DNA of 64,000 nucleotides, taken from the NCBI GenBank assembly GCA_050294405.1, contig JBNKOC010000012.1:192001-256000 (forward strand), written 5' to 3'. The translations under genes and the position numbers were made by a program. This DNA is from Fibrobacteria bacterium (GTDB taxonomy: Bacteria; Fibrobacterota; Fibrobacteria; UBA11236; JADFYW01). Positions 28,253 to 37,486 of this stretch are shown here, one piece after another. How positions within the stretch are numbered: the first letter of the stretch is position 1; each line of letters starts with the position of its first letter. Under the pieces are notes generated by a model. That model saw nothing but the letters and a program-made list of their open reading frames with translations. It searched no databases and was not told where the DNA came from.

Positions 28253-29740
28253 ATGAGTTTAGGCCTAGAATTAAATGTTGGGATGAAGCTGGAGCAAAAG
28301 CTCTCCCCCCAAATGATCCAATCGCTAAAGCTTTTGCAGGTGACTGCCTTGCAGTTGGAAGCCATGATTACCGAAGAATTGGAAGTAAATCCGCTTCTGG
28401 AAAAAGAAGATGATAATAACTCCGATAATAATTCTTCGGACTCCGAGGAAAAATCTCAAAAAGACGGCGAATACGAAGAAATCAATCCAGAAAAAAATAA
28501 GGAAGAAGTGGATTGGGAGGCCTTTTTTGAAGATGGTTTTGATCCCGGCTATCGCCAATCTGAAGATGTAAGTCATAAGGATAAATTTGAAAGAGTTCCG
28601 GTTTCCGGTACTACGCTCCAGGATTTTTTACGAGCGCAGCTCCAGTACAAAAAAATCAATCCTCAGGTGCGTGATATTGTAGAATACTTAATTGACTGTC
28701 TCAGTGACGATGGATACCTGGTACTGGATGTGGAAGACGGAGGGAACCTTCCCCCTGTAGAAGAAAATCCATTTTTTCAGGAAGTCCACGAGCTAATCGA
28801 GCTTAAGAAAAACGACTTTGAAGTTTCCAAAGAAGTGAGAGAAGCTTTCCATATATTGCGGCGTCTGGAACCCGCTGGAATCGGTGCGCGCAACTTGCAG
28901 GAATGTTTGTTATTGCAGATGTATCGAGATGGGAATTGCAGCGAACTTGCTCTTTTAATAGTGGAAAAACATTTTGACTTGTTTAAGAAGCTAAAAATTT
29001 CGGCCCTTGCAAAAGAGCTGGATAAAGAAGCGGAAACTATTCAAACGGCTTTAAGGGAAATTGGCCGCTTTGAACCAAAACCTGGCCGCCAGGTGGCCGA
29101 CTCGGTAAGCGCTCCTATTATTCCCGATTTATTAGTGGAAGTTATTGATGGCGAAATCATATTGCTTTTTAATGACAGGTTTGCCCCATCTCTTCGGGTT
29201 TCCCGGAATTATTCCGATTTAATACGCAAAGGCAGCAAAGCCTCCGCAGACACCAAAAAATTTGTGCGGGATAAATTAAACAGCGCTTCCTGGCTTATTC
29301 GAGCCATTGAGCAGAGAAAAACCACCATGCTTAAGGTTATGCGGGCTATAATCAACAGCCAGCCGGAGTTTTTCTCAAAAGGCCCCACCCATTTGCGCCC
29401 TTTAATCCTCCAGGACATCGCCGAAAAAATTGGAATGCATATTTCCACCGTCTCACGGGTGATAAATGGAAAGTACGTGCAGACCCCTCATGGCATTTTT
29501 GAGCTTAAATATTTCTTCACGTCCGGGGTAGCCCAGGAGGATGGAACAGACGTTTCCAGCATCCAAATTAAAGAAGCCATTCGAAAATTAGTGAGCGAAG
29601 AAGATAGCCATAAGCCCTTAAGTGACCAAAAAATAGCGAATTTGCTAAAAGAAAAGGGCTTAGAGGTAGCTAGAAGGACTGTTGCCAAATACAGGGATCA
29701 GCTGGAAATTTTACCAGCACGCCTTCGCAAAGAATTTTAA
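28253..29740 (+). CDS. rpoN: RNA polymerase sigma-54 factor
   Basis: QSLKLLQ, GIGARNLQECL, HISTVSR, RpoN box ARRTVAKYR. Confidence 0.97.
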   Translation: MSLGLELNVGMKLEQKLSPQMIQSLKLLQVTALQLEAMITEELEVNPLLEKEDDNNSDNNSSDSEEKSQKDGEYEEINPEKNKEEVDWEAFFEDGFDPGYRQSEDVSHKDKFERVPVSGTTLQDFLRAQLQYKKINPQVRDIVEYLIDCLSDDGYLVLDVEDGGNLPPVEENPFFQEVHELIELKKNDFEVSKEVREAFHILRRLEPAGIGARNLQECLLLQMYRDGNCSELALLIVEKHFDLFKKLKISALAKELDKEAETIQTALREIGRFEPKPGRQVADSVSAPIIPDLLVEVIDGEIILLFNDRFAPSLRVSRNYSDLIRKGSKASADTKKFVRDKLNSASWLIRAIEQRKTTMLKVMRAIINSQPEFFSKGPTHLRPLILQDIAEKIGMHISTVSRVINGKYVQTPHGIFELKYFFTSGVAQEDGTDVSSIQIKEAIRKLVSEEDSHKPLSDQKIANLLKEKGLEVARRTVAKYRDQLEILPARLRKEF

Positions 29741-29753
29741 GGGCCAGCTTTTC

Positions 29754-29782
29754 TTGACTTTTGGTTGGGGGAGCACTACAAT
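29754..29782 (+). promoter_or_regulatory. Sigma70-type promoter upstream of hpf
   Basis: TTGACT-N17-TACAAT. Confidence 0.65.
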
Positions 29783-29972
29783 AAATGAATGCCGCTAGAC
29801 AAAATCTTGAGCAAAGACCTGTGGCTCGAGTTTTCTTTTCGTCCCCAAAATTCTAGTTTAATAAAGAATAAGGATAGTAGCGAAAAAGTCCATTCACCGG
29901 AGAAGTCTAGTGAAGCCTCAACCAAAAAACCGCCCTCACTCGCATCCAAACTATTTGACCTCAATTTTGGGG
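29759..29972 (+). ncRNA. Candidate structured RNA / long 5' leader of hpf
   Basis: Several nested and mutually exclusive helices (see finding). Confidence 0.4.
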
Positions 29973-30075
29973 TAAGTTTTTATTGGGATTAATTGGAATG
30001 GTAGTTTTTTTAAGGTATGCTCACGCCCTCCGGTTAAAGGAACCAAAACAACAACCAAAAACTCATGGAGGTATC

Positions 30076-30399
30076 ATGGATATTAAAATCACCACTCGAC
30101 ATTTTAATGGCTCACCGGAACTCCAGGAAAGAATCCATAGTGTAATAGAAAAATTGGGACGATTTAATGATACTATTCGGGATGTCCACATAATTTTAGA
30201 CGCTGAGAAAAAAAATCTTAGAACCGTAGAGGCGATTTTTAATATTTTTGATAAGACTGTTTGTGTGAGTGCCCAAGGGCAAAATATGCACAAAGCCGTG
30301 GAGTCTGTTTTGCTGAAAGCTGAACGTCTCCTTAAAAAAGAAAAACAAAAGTTAAAAGAGCACCGCTCCGAAGCATTATCCGAGCTGGTTGCCGGATAG
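30076..30399 (+). CDS. hpf: Ribosome hibernation promoting factor (RaiA/HPF, short form)
   Basis: MDIKITTRHF...KLGRF...LKKEKQK; GGAGG RBS; downstream of rpoN. Confidence 0.88.
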   Translation: MDIKITTRHFNGSPELQERIHSVIEKLGRFNDTIRDVHIILDAEKKNLRTVEAIFNIFDKTVCVSAQGQNMHKAVESVLLKAERLLKKEKQKLKEHRSEALSELVAG

Positions 30400-30422
30400 C
30401 TTTTTGGAAAGGAATTTAAGGG

Positions 30423-31421
30423 ATTAAGAAACTATACATAAAGAGGGCGAAGGGCTTTTCCGTCAAGGAGTTCTTTGAATACAACAAAGAAAAAATTGCG
30501 CTGGAACTGGCCAACCCCTCTGTCCCCCTATCCACTGAAATCATAGAGCGAGATATACATCGCCCTGGCCTCGCTTTGGCCGGTTTCACTGAAGTGTTTA
30601 GCTATCAGCGTATCCAGGTTATTGGGACTTCCGAATGGACCTATCTGGAATCCATTGGGCCAGACAAGCGCCGGGAAATTTTTAATCATCTTAAAGATTA
30701 TCGCTCTCCCATGTGGATACTCACCCACAGTTTTCCCGTTCACGAGGAACTCAGGGAAATGTGCGAATTACAGAAAGTACCCATTGTGGTTACTTCCATG
30801 CCCACCTCTGAATTTTCTATGGATTTGCAACGCATTTTGGAAGACTGGTTTTCACCTTATTGCATACTCCATGGCACCCTTGTGGATGTGTACGGGGTGG
30901 GAATGCTCTATACGGGAATCAGCGGCGTGGGAAAAAGTGAATGCGCCCTGGATTTGGTGGAAAGAGGCCATCGTTTAGTTGCCGATGATATGGTGAAGTT
31001 GGTAAAAAGCGGAAGCTCCATTGTGGGCAAGGGCAACGAAGCCCTGGGGCACCACATGGAAATACGGGGCGTGGGAATCGTAGACGTGGGTATGCTTTTT
31101 GGCATTCGCGCCATTCGAGACAAAAAAAAGGTGGAAATTATTGTGGAGCTTCAGCACTGGCGCGAGGGAGAAAATTACGACAGAACCGGGCTCGATGAGT
31201 TGACAGTAGACATTATGGGAGTTACCATTCCCCGCAAATTAATTCCTATTTCTCCAGGTAAAAACATTACGGTGATTTCGGAAGTAATAGCCATGAATAT
31301 GCTTTTAAAGATGAATGGGGTTGACGTGGCACAGATGTTTAATGAAAAATTGATAAAGAAAATGAATCAAAAGAGTAAAAAGAAATCTATCGAAATCATG
31401 TCTTCCGAGGTTTACGAGTAA
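30423..31421 (+). CDS. hprK: HPr kinase/phosphorylase (start codon non-canonical or uncertain)
   Basis: IHRPGLALAGF, GISGVGKSE, GHRLVADD, EIRGVGI, PGKN; conserved N-terminus extends upstream of the TTG at 30576 to the stop at 30417-30419. Confidence 0.9.
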   Translation: MKKLYIKRAKGFSVKEFFEYNKEKIALELANPSVPLSTEIIERDIHRPGLALAGFTEVFSYQRIQVIGTSEWTYLESIGPDKRREIFNHLKDYRSPMWILTHSFPVHEELREMCELQKVPIVVTSMPTSEFSMDLQRILEDWFSPYCILHGTLVDVYGVGMLYTGISGVGKSECALDLVERGHRLVADDMVKLVKSGSSIVGKGNEALGHHMEIRGVGIVDVGMLFGIRAIRDKKKVEIIVELQHWREGENYDRTGLDELTVDIMGVTIPRKLIPISPGKNITVISEVIAMNMLLKMNGVDVAQMFNEKLIKKMNQKSKKKSIEIMSSEVYE

Positions 31422-31475
31422 TGTTTTTTGCTAAATCTGCTTTTTACCTGCAGCCCAGGCTAAATCACTCTATTC

Positions 31476-32414
31476 ATGGTCAACGCTAAAATAAACTTTG
31501 TAGTGGGCCTGGTTATCCTGGTGGCCCTTTTTATCCTTATGTTCGGGATTCATTTTTTAAAAAACTCCGTTCCCGGAGAAAAAAAGGATATTTATTTCGC
31601 GGTTTTCCAGGAAGTTTCCACCTTGCAAAAGGGGGATCCGGTAAAATTAAACGGTGTTTCCATGGGCCGGGTGAAAGACATCGAACTATGGAAAAACAAA
31701 GTCAGGGTTCGCTTTGATTTAAAACGCAGTTATAAGGATCACGAGGGGCAGACCCACAAAATCAGCATCCCGGTGAATTCCACTTTGACCATTCAAAATA
31801 TTGGCCTTATGGGCGAGCGCCAAATTGAAATCCAGTTGGGAGATTCCCCTGAAAATTACCCTCCAGGTACCATCATCGAAAATGGAAAATTTGATGCGGG
31901 TATTGCTGAGGCCATGGGGACTGCCGGAAAAGTTTTTGAAGAGTCCGAAAAATTGATTTTGGATGTGAAAACCATTTTCGACAGCACTTTAGGTCGGGAT
32001 GATTTTGTGGAAACATTTAATGGAGTTTTAGCAGACACCAAGCATTTGAGTGGAAAGCTAAATGGCCTGGTGGATTATGTGGACCCAAAAGTGAGAGAAA
32101 GTATCCGCAATCTGGAAAAATTAAGCGAAGAACTGAATACTTTGCTGGCTTCCCAGGAAGAAAGTATCAAAGGCCTTATTCAAAACGGTGAAAATATTTC
32201 TGTAAAAGCCGATGAACTTATGGGAAAAGTTTCCGGTCTTACGGATGAAGTTTCGGGAATTGTGCAAAAAATGAACTCTACAGATGGAACCCTGGGCGCC
32301 ATGCTCAACGATACGGAATTTTACCGCGATTTAAGATCCACCCTGCAAAGAGCTGATTCCTTGCTGTTTATTATTAAAAAGCAGGGCCTGGATGTGAATG
32401 TGGATTTGTTTTAG
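31476..32414 (+). CDS. mlaD: MlaD/MCE family protein
   Basis: N-terminal TM; LQKGDPVKLNGVSMGRV, GLMGERQIEI; coiled coil and GTLGAMLND. Confidence 0.88.
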   Translation: MVNAKINFVVGLVILVALFILMFGIHFLKNSVPGEKKDIYFAVFQEVSTLQKGDPVKLNGVSMGRVKDIELWKNKVRVRFDLKRSYKDHEGQTHKISIPVNSTLTIQNIGLMGERQIEIQLGDSPENYPPGTIIENGKFDAGIAEAMGTAGKVFEESEKLILDVKTIFDSTLGRDDFVETFNGVLADTKHLSGKLNGLVDYVDPKVRESIRNLEKLSEELNTLLASQEESIKGLIQNGENISVKADELMGKVSGLTDEVSGIVQKMNSTDGTLGAMLNDTEFYRDLRSTLQRADSLLFIIKKQGLDVNVDLF

Positions 32415-32513
32415 CAGTCTTTCTGCTCCAGTAACTTTAATTGAATAAATTTTCTATTAAAAAATGTGCTATTTTTTAATGGTGGGAAAAAATCACTTAT
32501 TATTTTTAAAACT

Positions 32514-32783
32514 ATGATAAACAAAACGCTAGTAGTCATAAATGAAATGGGCATCCATGCCCGCCCTGCTGCGGCCATTGTCCGCGTGGCTGGCCAATAT
32601 GCCAGCGACATCACCTTTTCCAAAGACGGTGTACGCGCCAATGCCAAAAGTATTTTAAACATCTTAATGTTGGCCGCCGAACCCGGCTGCGAAATTGAAG
32701 TGGAAATAGAAGGCCCGGACCAGGATGAAGCCCTGGCAGCTATGGAAAAATTATTTTTGGACAAATTTCACGATGAAGCCTAA
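32514..32783 (+). CDS. ptsH: Phosphocarrier protein HPr
   Basis: GIHARPAA (His15), NAKSIL (Ser46), EGPD. Confidence 0.95.
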   Translation: MINKTLVVINEMGIHARPAAAIVRVAGQYASDITFSKDGVRANAKSILNILMLAAEPGCEIEVEIEGPDQDEALAAMEKLFLDKFHDEA

Positions 32784-34569
32784 GTCAAAATCTCCTCATC
32801 AGGTTATTAAAGGTCTTGGTGTCTCTCCGGGTTACGGAATCGGCCCGGCGAAAATTATTAGCCCTGAGGAATTAAGCGCACCCCGACGTTATATTGCCCG
32901 CAATGCTGTGGATAAGGAAATTACGCGCTTTAAAAGGGCCATTGATAAAGCTACTAAGGAAATCGCCTCGGTAAAACGAAGGATGAAAAAAGTAGTGGGG
33001 GAATATGAGTCTAAAATTTTTGACGCCCATGTTATGATTTTAAACGATCCCGAAATTGTGGATCATGTTATAAAAGATATTCGAACTAATTATCGCAATG
33101 CGGAATTTGCTTATTTAAACCGTATCAATGAATTCGAGGCACGTTTAAAACCGCTTACGGATCAATATTTTCAGGACCGAATTAATGAGGCTAAAAGCGT
33201 AGCCAAAAAGGTAATTGAAATTCTGCAAAAAACCTCTCAGCAACATAGTCTGGTGGCTGAACTGGATACCCCATCCATACATTTTACCCTGGAGATGACT
33301 CCTTTTGCTTTAGGAAAATCCGATAAAAAAAACACCATTGGCTTTGTAACTGAAAAGGGGGGCAACACCTCTCATGTATCTATTTTAGCCCGTTCCATGG
33401 AAGTGCCTGCCATTTCAGGCATTGACTACCAACGTTTTGAAATAAGCGAAGGGGATATGGTTATTTTAGACGGTACTGAAGGCCTTTTAATTATCCAACC
33501 CACTGCCCGGGAAATCGCTGAGTACGAAACTAAAAAGGCCCGCTACTTTGATTTGGAGCGCAAACTTTTTGAAGTGCGCAACCTCGAATCCAAAACAAAG
33601 GATAAAAAATCCATTGAATTGTCCGCTAATATTGAGTTACCAGTGGAGGTGGACAAAGTTCTCCTCTACGGGGGAAGCTCCATTGGACTATACCGCAGCG
33701 AATTTTTGTTTTTAACCCATAAAGAAATTCCCAGCGAAGAGGAACAATACCAAACATACCGCTATATTGGGGACAGAATGAGTCCGGGTTCCGTGGTTAT
33801 CCGCACTTTTGATTCGGGAGGAGATAAGCTCTTTCCCCAGGTTAACTTAAAAGATGAAAGCAACCCTTTTATGGGCTGGCGTTCCATTCGAGTATGCCTG
33901 AAAGAACCCGAAATTTTTAAAACCCAGTTGAGGGCAATACTTAGGGCCAGCTATAATAACAATATCAAGTTGATGTTTCCCATGATAACATCCCTGGATG
34001 AATTACTGGAATCCAAAGCTATTCTAAAAGATGTGCAAAAAGAGTTCGATTCCAACAAGGTGCCTTATAATAAAAATATTAAAGTGGGCTGTATGATTGA
34101 GGTGCCCGCTGCGGTTATGATTGCTGATGAATTGGCAGAGCACTGCGATTTTTTCAGTATGGGAACAAACGATTTGATTCAATTTACCTTGGCTGTAGAT
34201 AGAGGAAATAAAATGGTGGCGGATTTATACGAGCCCCATCATCCAGCTGTATTGCGACTAATTCAAACCACCATTAAAGCCGCCAAGCGGAAAAAAATCC
34301 CCGTTTCCATTTGCGGGGAAATGGCGGGAAATCCCTATTCTGCCCTGCTGTTAATGGGTTTAGGGGTCCAGGAACTCTCCATGCGTCCCAACAGTATTTT
34401 GGAAATGAAAAAGTTCATCCGCTCCCTTTCTTATTCTGAAATTCGCAAGGATGTAGCCGAGGCGCTTTCCATGTCCAATGCCACCCAAATCACGACTTTT
34501 TTGGAAAACCGGTATTCTAAAGTCATTCAATCCATGCAGTTTCCTCCGCACGAACCTTCGTCCCGATAA
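32773..34569 (+). CDS. ptsI: PTS enzyme I
   Basis: GGNTSHVSILARS, GLYRSEFLF, NPFMGWR, GTNDLIQ, CGEMAG. Confidence 0.96.
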   Translation: MKPKSKSPHQVIKGLGVSPGYGIGPAKIISPEELSAPRRYIARNAVDKEITRFKRAIDKATKEIASVKRRMKKVVGEYESKIFDAHVMILNDPEIVDHVIKDIRTNYRNAEFAYLNRINEFEARLKPLTDQYFQDRINEAKSVAKKVIEILQKTSQQHSLVAELDTPSIHFTLEMTPFALGKSDKKNTIGFVTEKGGNTSHVSILARSMEVPAISGIDYQRFEISEGDMVILDGTEGLLIIQPTAREIAEYETKKARYFDLERKLFEVRNLESKTKDKKSIELSANIELPVEVDKVLLYGGSSIGLYRSEFLFLTHKEIPSEEEQYQTYRYIGDRMSPGSVVIRTFDSGGDKLFPQVNLKDESNPFMGWRSIRVCLKEPEIFKTQLRAILRASYNNNIKLMFPMITSLDELLESKAILKDVQKEFDSNKVPYNKNIKVGCMIEVPAAVMIADELAEHCDFFSMGTNDLIQFTLAVDRGNKMVADLYEPHHPAVLRLIQTTIKAAKRKKIPVSICGEMAGNPYSALLLMGLGVQELSMRPNSILEMKKFIRSLSYSEIRKDVAEALSMSNATQITTFLENRYSKVIQSMQFPPHEPSSR

Positions 34570-34653
34570 ATTGGATTGCTGCTGCGCAGCGGGTCCTAAT
34601 TAGATATATTGATAAAAGAAATTAGGGCCTACGCTTTTAACCCGATTGATGCC

Positions 34654-36804
34654 ATGTTATCCAAAAAATCCTTTTTAGTTTTATGTCTCGGCAGCTTTTT
34701 TCTGAATCCATATTTGTTCGCGCAAAAAGCCGAAAAAAACCTGGCCAATTTGCCCTACATTGACCCTTCTATTCCATCTATGGAAACTGAAAATTTTCAC
34801 CAGACATTAAGAAAGGTTAAAAAGGATTTACTTTGGGGAGAAGACTCCAGCGCGCTTCAAACCCTTATTAGTTTGAGCCCAAAAGAACAACTCGCTAGCC
34901 TTTACCAGCATATTATTGCGGCAGATTTAATGAAAAAAATAGGGCAATACAAAAATTCGGACAGCACCCTCCAAGAGGCCCAGAAATTTTCTCAAACGGG
35001 CGATTGGGAAGCATACATATTGTTAAAACGCTATCGTTTGTATTTAAGGGATAGTAGCCTGCAAAAAGAGCCCTTGGAATTATTAGCTTCCCTGTTGAAA
35101 TCCAAACCCGAAGAAGTGGTTCGTATACAAGTGTTGTTTAAAATAATCGATTTGACTTATGACAAAACTAAGCCAGAAGCCTTCGATAAATATTTAGGCG
35201 ATTTACTGGAATTAGATCATATCAATCCTCTGTTGGATTCAGCCTATGACAATTTTTTTTCCCCCATTGATCTGGAAAAATTTTCTTACGACTGTCTGAA
35301 AAATGCAGCTCAATTTAAAACCAAAAAATCAAAATACGCCAAAGCCAGGGATATATTGGAGTTTATGGATAAAAAATTCAAAGACAAAAAATCCCAAAAA
35401 GAAATAGAATGGGCCTTGGCGGATAATTATTACAAGCACGGGCGCTTTAAAAATGCAGCTAAAGCCTACTCCCGCTATGTTAAGAAATATGGGAACTCTT
35501 CCACCGGAATATTGCAAATGGCCCGTTCCTATACGAAAAGCGGGAATATTAAAAAAGGAAAAAAATATTATGATATGTTTACATCAATGTATCCAAAGCA
35601 TCGCAAAACCGAAGAAATTTATTGGGTAAGAGGTTTTGAGGCGGAACAGGATGGGAACTTTTCCAGGGCCGAAGAGTATTACAATAAACTGGTACCCACT
35701 TTTGAAGATGGCAGCCGGGGGAGTTGGGCTTATTTTAGGAGGGGTTTTAGCTTTTACAAAAACAAAGATTTAGCTGCTGCGGAAAAGATGTTTAAAAAAG
35801 GCGCCTCCATTAAGTCCGGAGGACAAGAGGTCGCCGCCTGTTCTTTTTGGTTGGGCTATGTTATTTATCAAAAGGGTTTGAAGGATTCCGCCTTAACTAT
35901 AATGGTAGATACATTTAAAAACAACCCTTTGAATTTTTACGGACATCAGGCGCAGGCCTTTTTAAAAAAAGAAGGAATGTGGAAGTCTGAATTTATGGAG
36001 TTGGCTGATTTTAAAATGCTATCCGAAGACAGTCTTAAAAACTGGATGGCGAAAACTTTTTCCAACTACAGCGAATTTAAAAAGGAGGAATTTGAAAGTA
36101 AGTATTTGTCCATAAAAGATTTGCTGGAATTAGGGCTTGATACCATGGCCATGATTACCTTGGACGCTAAATACAACAGCTATCGAAAAAACCCCTGGTT
36201 TTCCTATACTTATGCAAAGTTGTTTTATCCCTACTGGCCGGGAAGGGCTTATAGAATGGCTCTTAACATCCAGTATCAAATACATTACACAAAATGGGGC
36301 GAAGTGCCGTTAAATGTATTGCGGCAGATCTATCCTCGGCCTTATAGGGAATATGTTTTCAAAAATGCCAAAGATAAAAACCTGGAAGAGAATTTTATTT
36401 ACGCGTTAATGCGCCAGGAATCCGGTTTCGATGAGGATATTCGCAGTTGGGCGGGAGCCATAGGGTTAATGCAAATTATGCCCTATACGGGAAAAGATTT
36501 AGCTAAAAAAGCTAAACTCAAAGATTTTAAACCTTTTGATTTGACTAAGGCAGCTGTAAACGTGTTTTTAGGAACCAATTATCTCATGGACTTAAAATCC
36601 GATTACAACCACAATTTAATGCTGGTTTTGGCCAATTACAATGCGGGTCCGGGCCCTGCCCGACGTTGGGAAAAGGAGCATTCCAAAAAAGAAGTGGAAA
36701 TTTTTGTGGAGGAGGTGAGCTATTGGGAAACCCGCGACTATATTAAAAAGGTAATGGGAAATTTTTGGAATTACGATTTAATTTATGCGGAGGATTCTCC
36801 CTAA
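34654..36804 (+). CDS. TPR-containing soluble lytic transglycosylase (Slt70-like)
   Basis: Signal peptide; RQESGF, GLMQIMP, YNAGPG, ETRDYIKKV. Confidence 0.88.
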   Translation: MLSKKSFLVLCLGSFFLNPYLFAQKAEKNLANLPYIDPSIPSMETENFHQTLRKVKKDLLWGEDSSALQTLISLSPKEQLASLYQHIIAADLMKKIGQYKNSDSTLQEAQKFSQTGDWEAYILLKRYRLYLRDSSLQKEPLELLASLLKSKPEEVVRIQVLFKIIDLTYDKTKPEAFDKYLGDLLELDHINPLLDSAYDNFFSPIDLEKFSYDCLKNAAQFKTKKSKYAKARDILEFMDKKFKDKKSQKEIEWALADNYYKHGRFKNAAKAYSRYVKKYGNSSTGILQMARSYTKSGNIKKGKKYYDMFTSMYPKHRKTEEIYWVRGFEAEQDGNFSRAEEYYNKLVPTFEDGSRGSWAYFRRGFSFYKNKDLAAAEKMFKKGASIKSGGQEVAACSFWLGYVIYQKGLKDSALTIMVDTFKNNPLNFYGHQAQAFLKKEGMWKSEFMELADFKMLSEDSLKNWMAKTFSNYSEFKKEEFESKYLSIKDLLELGLDTMAMITLDAKYNSYRKNPWFSYTYAKLFYPYWPGRAYRMALNIQYQIHYTKWGEVPLNVLRQIYPRPYREYVFKNAKDKNLEENFIYALMRQESGFDEDIRSWAGAIGLMQIMPYTGKDLAKKAKLKDFKPFDLTKAAVNVFLGTNYLMDLKSDYNHNLMLVLANYNAGPGPARRWEKEHSKKEVEIFVEEVSYWETRDYIKKVMGNFWNYDLIYAEDSP

Positions 36805-36812
36805 GCTTTTTT

Positions 36813-37481
36813 ATGCGCCAGGCTGTTTTTTTTGTTTTGCTTTTATTGTCCCAGCAAGTGTTTTCTGAATGCTGGACCATCGCCCGCTTAAAATATCAGG
36901 GCGGAGGTGATTGGTACTCCAATCCCACCAGTTTGCCCAACTTATTCAATCGGCTTAAAAAAGATTTAAAAGCCAACATTTGCCCAAAGGAAGAGACTGT
37001 GGAGCTTTTAGATGCCAAACTTTTTGAGTACCCTATTTTGTACCTTACTGGCCATGGCAAGATTCACTTTTCCGATGAAGAAAGAAAGGAGCTCAAAAAA
37101 TACCTCTATCAGGGGGGGCTTTTAATAGCCGATGATAATTATGGCCTTGACGCTTCTTTCAGGCAGGAAATAAAAGAAATTTGGAAAGACAATAAATTGT
37201 ATGAATTGGGAAAAACTCATCCGGTTTTTAGCGCCCATTATGTTATGAAAAAAGGAATGCCCAAAGTTCACGAACACGACGGCAAACGCCCTCAACTATT
37301 GGCCATTGATGTGGATGGCCGGCCATCCCTTTTGTATAGCTATGAAGCGGATTTGGGCGATGGTTGGGAAAATCAGGATGTGCATAATGTGCCCGAAGCC
37401 ACCCGTGAACTTGCTTTGAAAATGGGCGTTAACATTGTTGCCTGGTACTTGCAAGGCCAGCCAGGCTCTGCAAACCCTTAA
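36813..37481 (+). CDS. DUF4159 domain protein
   Basis: LKYQGGGDWYSNPTSLPNL, LTGHG, DDNYGLD, PKVHEHDG, DLGDGWE, ALKMGVN. Confidence 0.88.
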   Translation: MRQAVFFVLLLLSQQVFSECWTIARLKYQGGGDWYSNPTSLPNLFNRLKKDLKANICPKEETVELLDAKLFEYPILYLTGHGKIHFSDEERKELKKYLYQGGLLIADDNYGLDASFRQEIKEIWKDNKLYELGKTHPVFSAHYVMKKGMPKVHEHDGKRPQLLAIDVDGRPSLLYSYEADLGDGWENQDVHNVPEATRELALKMGVNIVAWYLQGQPGSANP

Positions 37482-37486
37482 CATAT

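Noticed and set aside
29776..29992. ORFs of 62-67 aa in the rpoN-hpf gap and the 31-aa N-terminal extension of hpf
   Set aside because: No RBS or homology cues; hpf has GGAGG before ATG 30076
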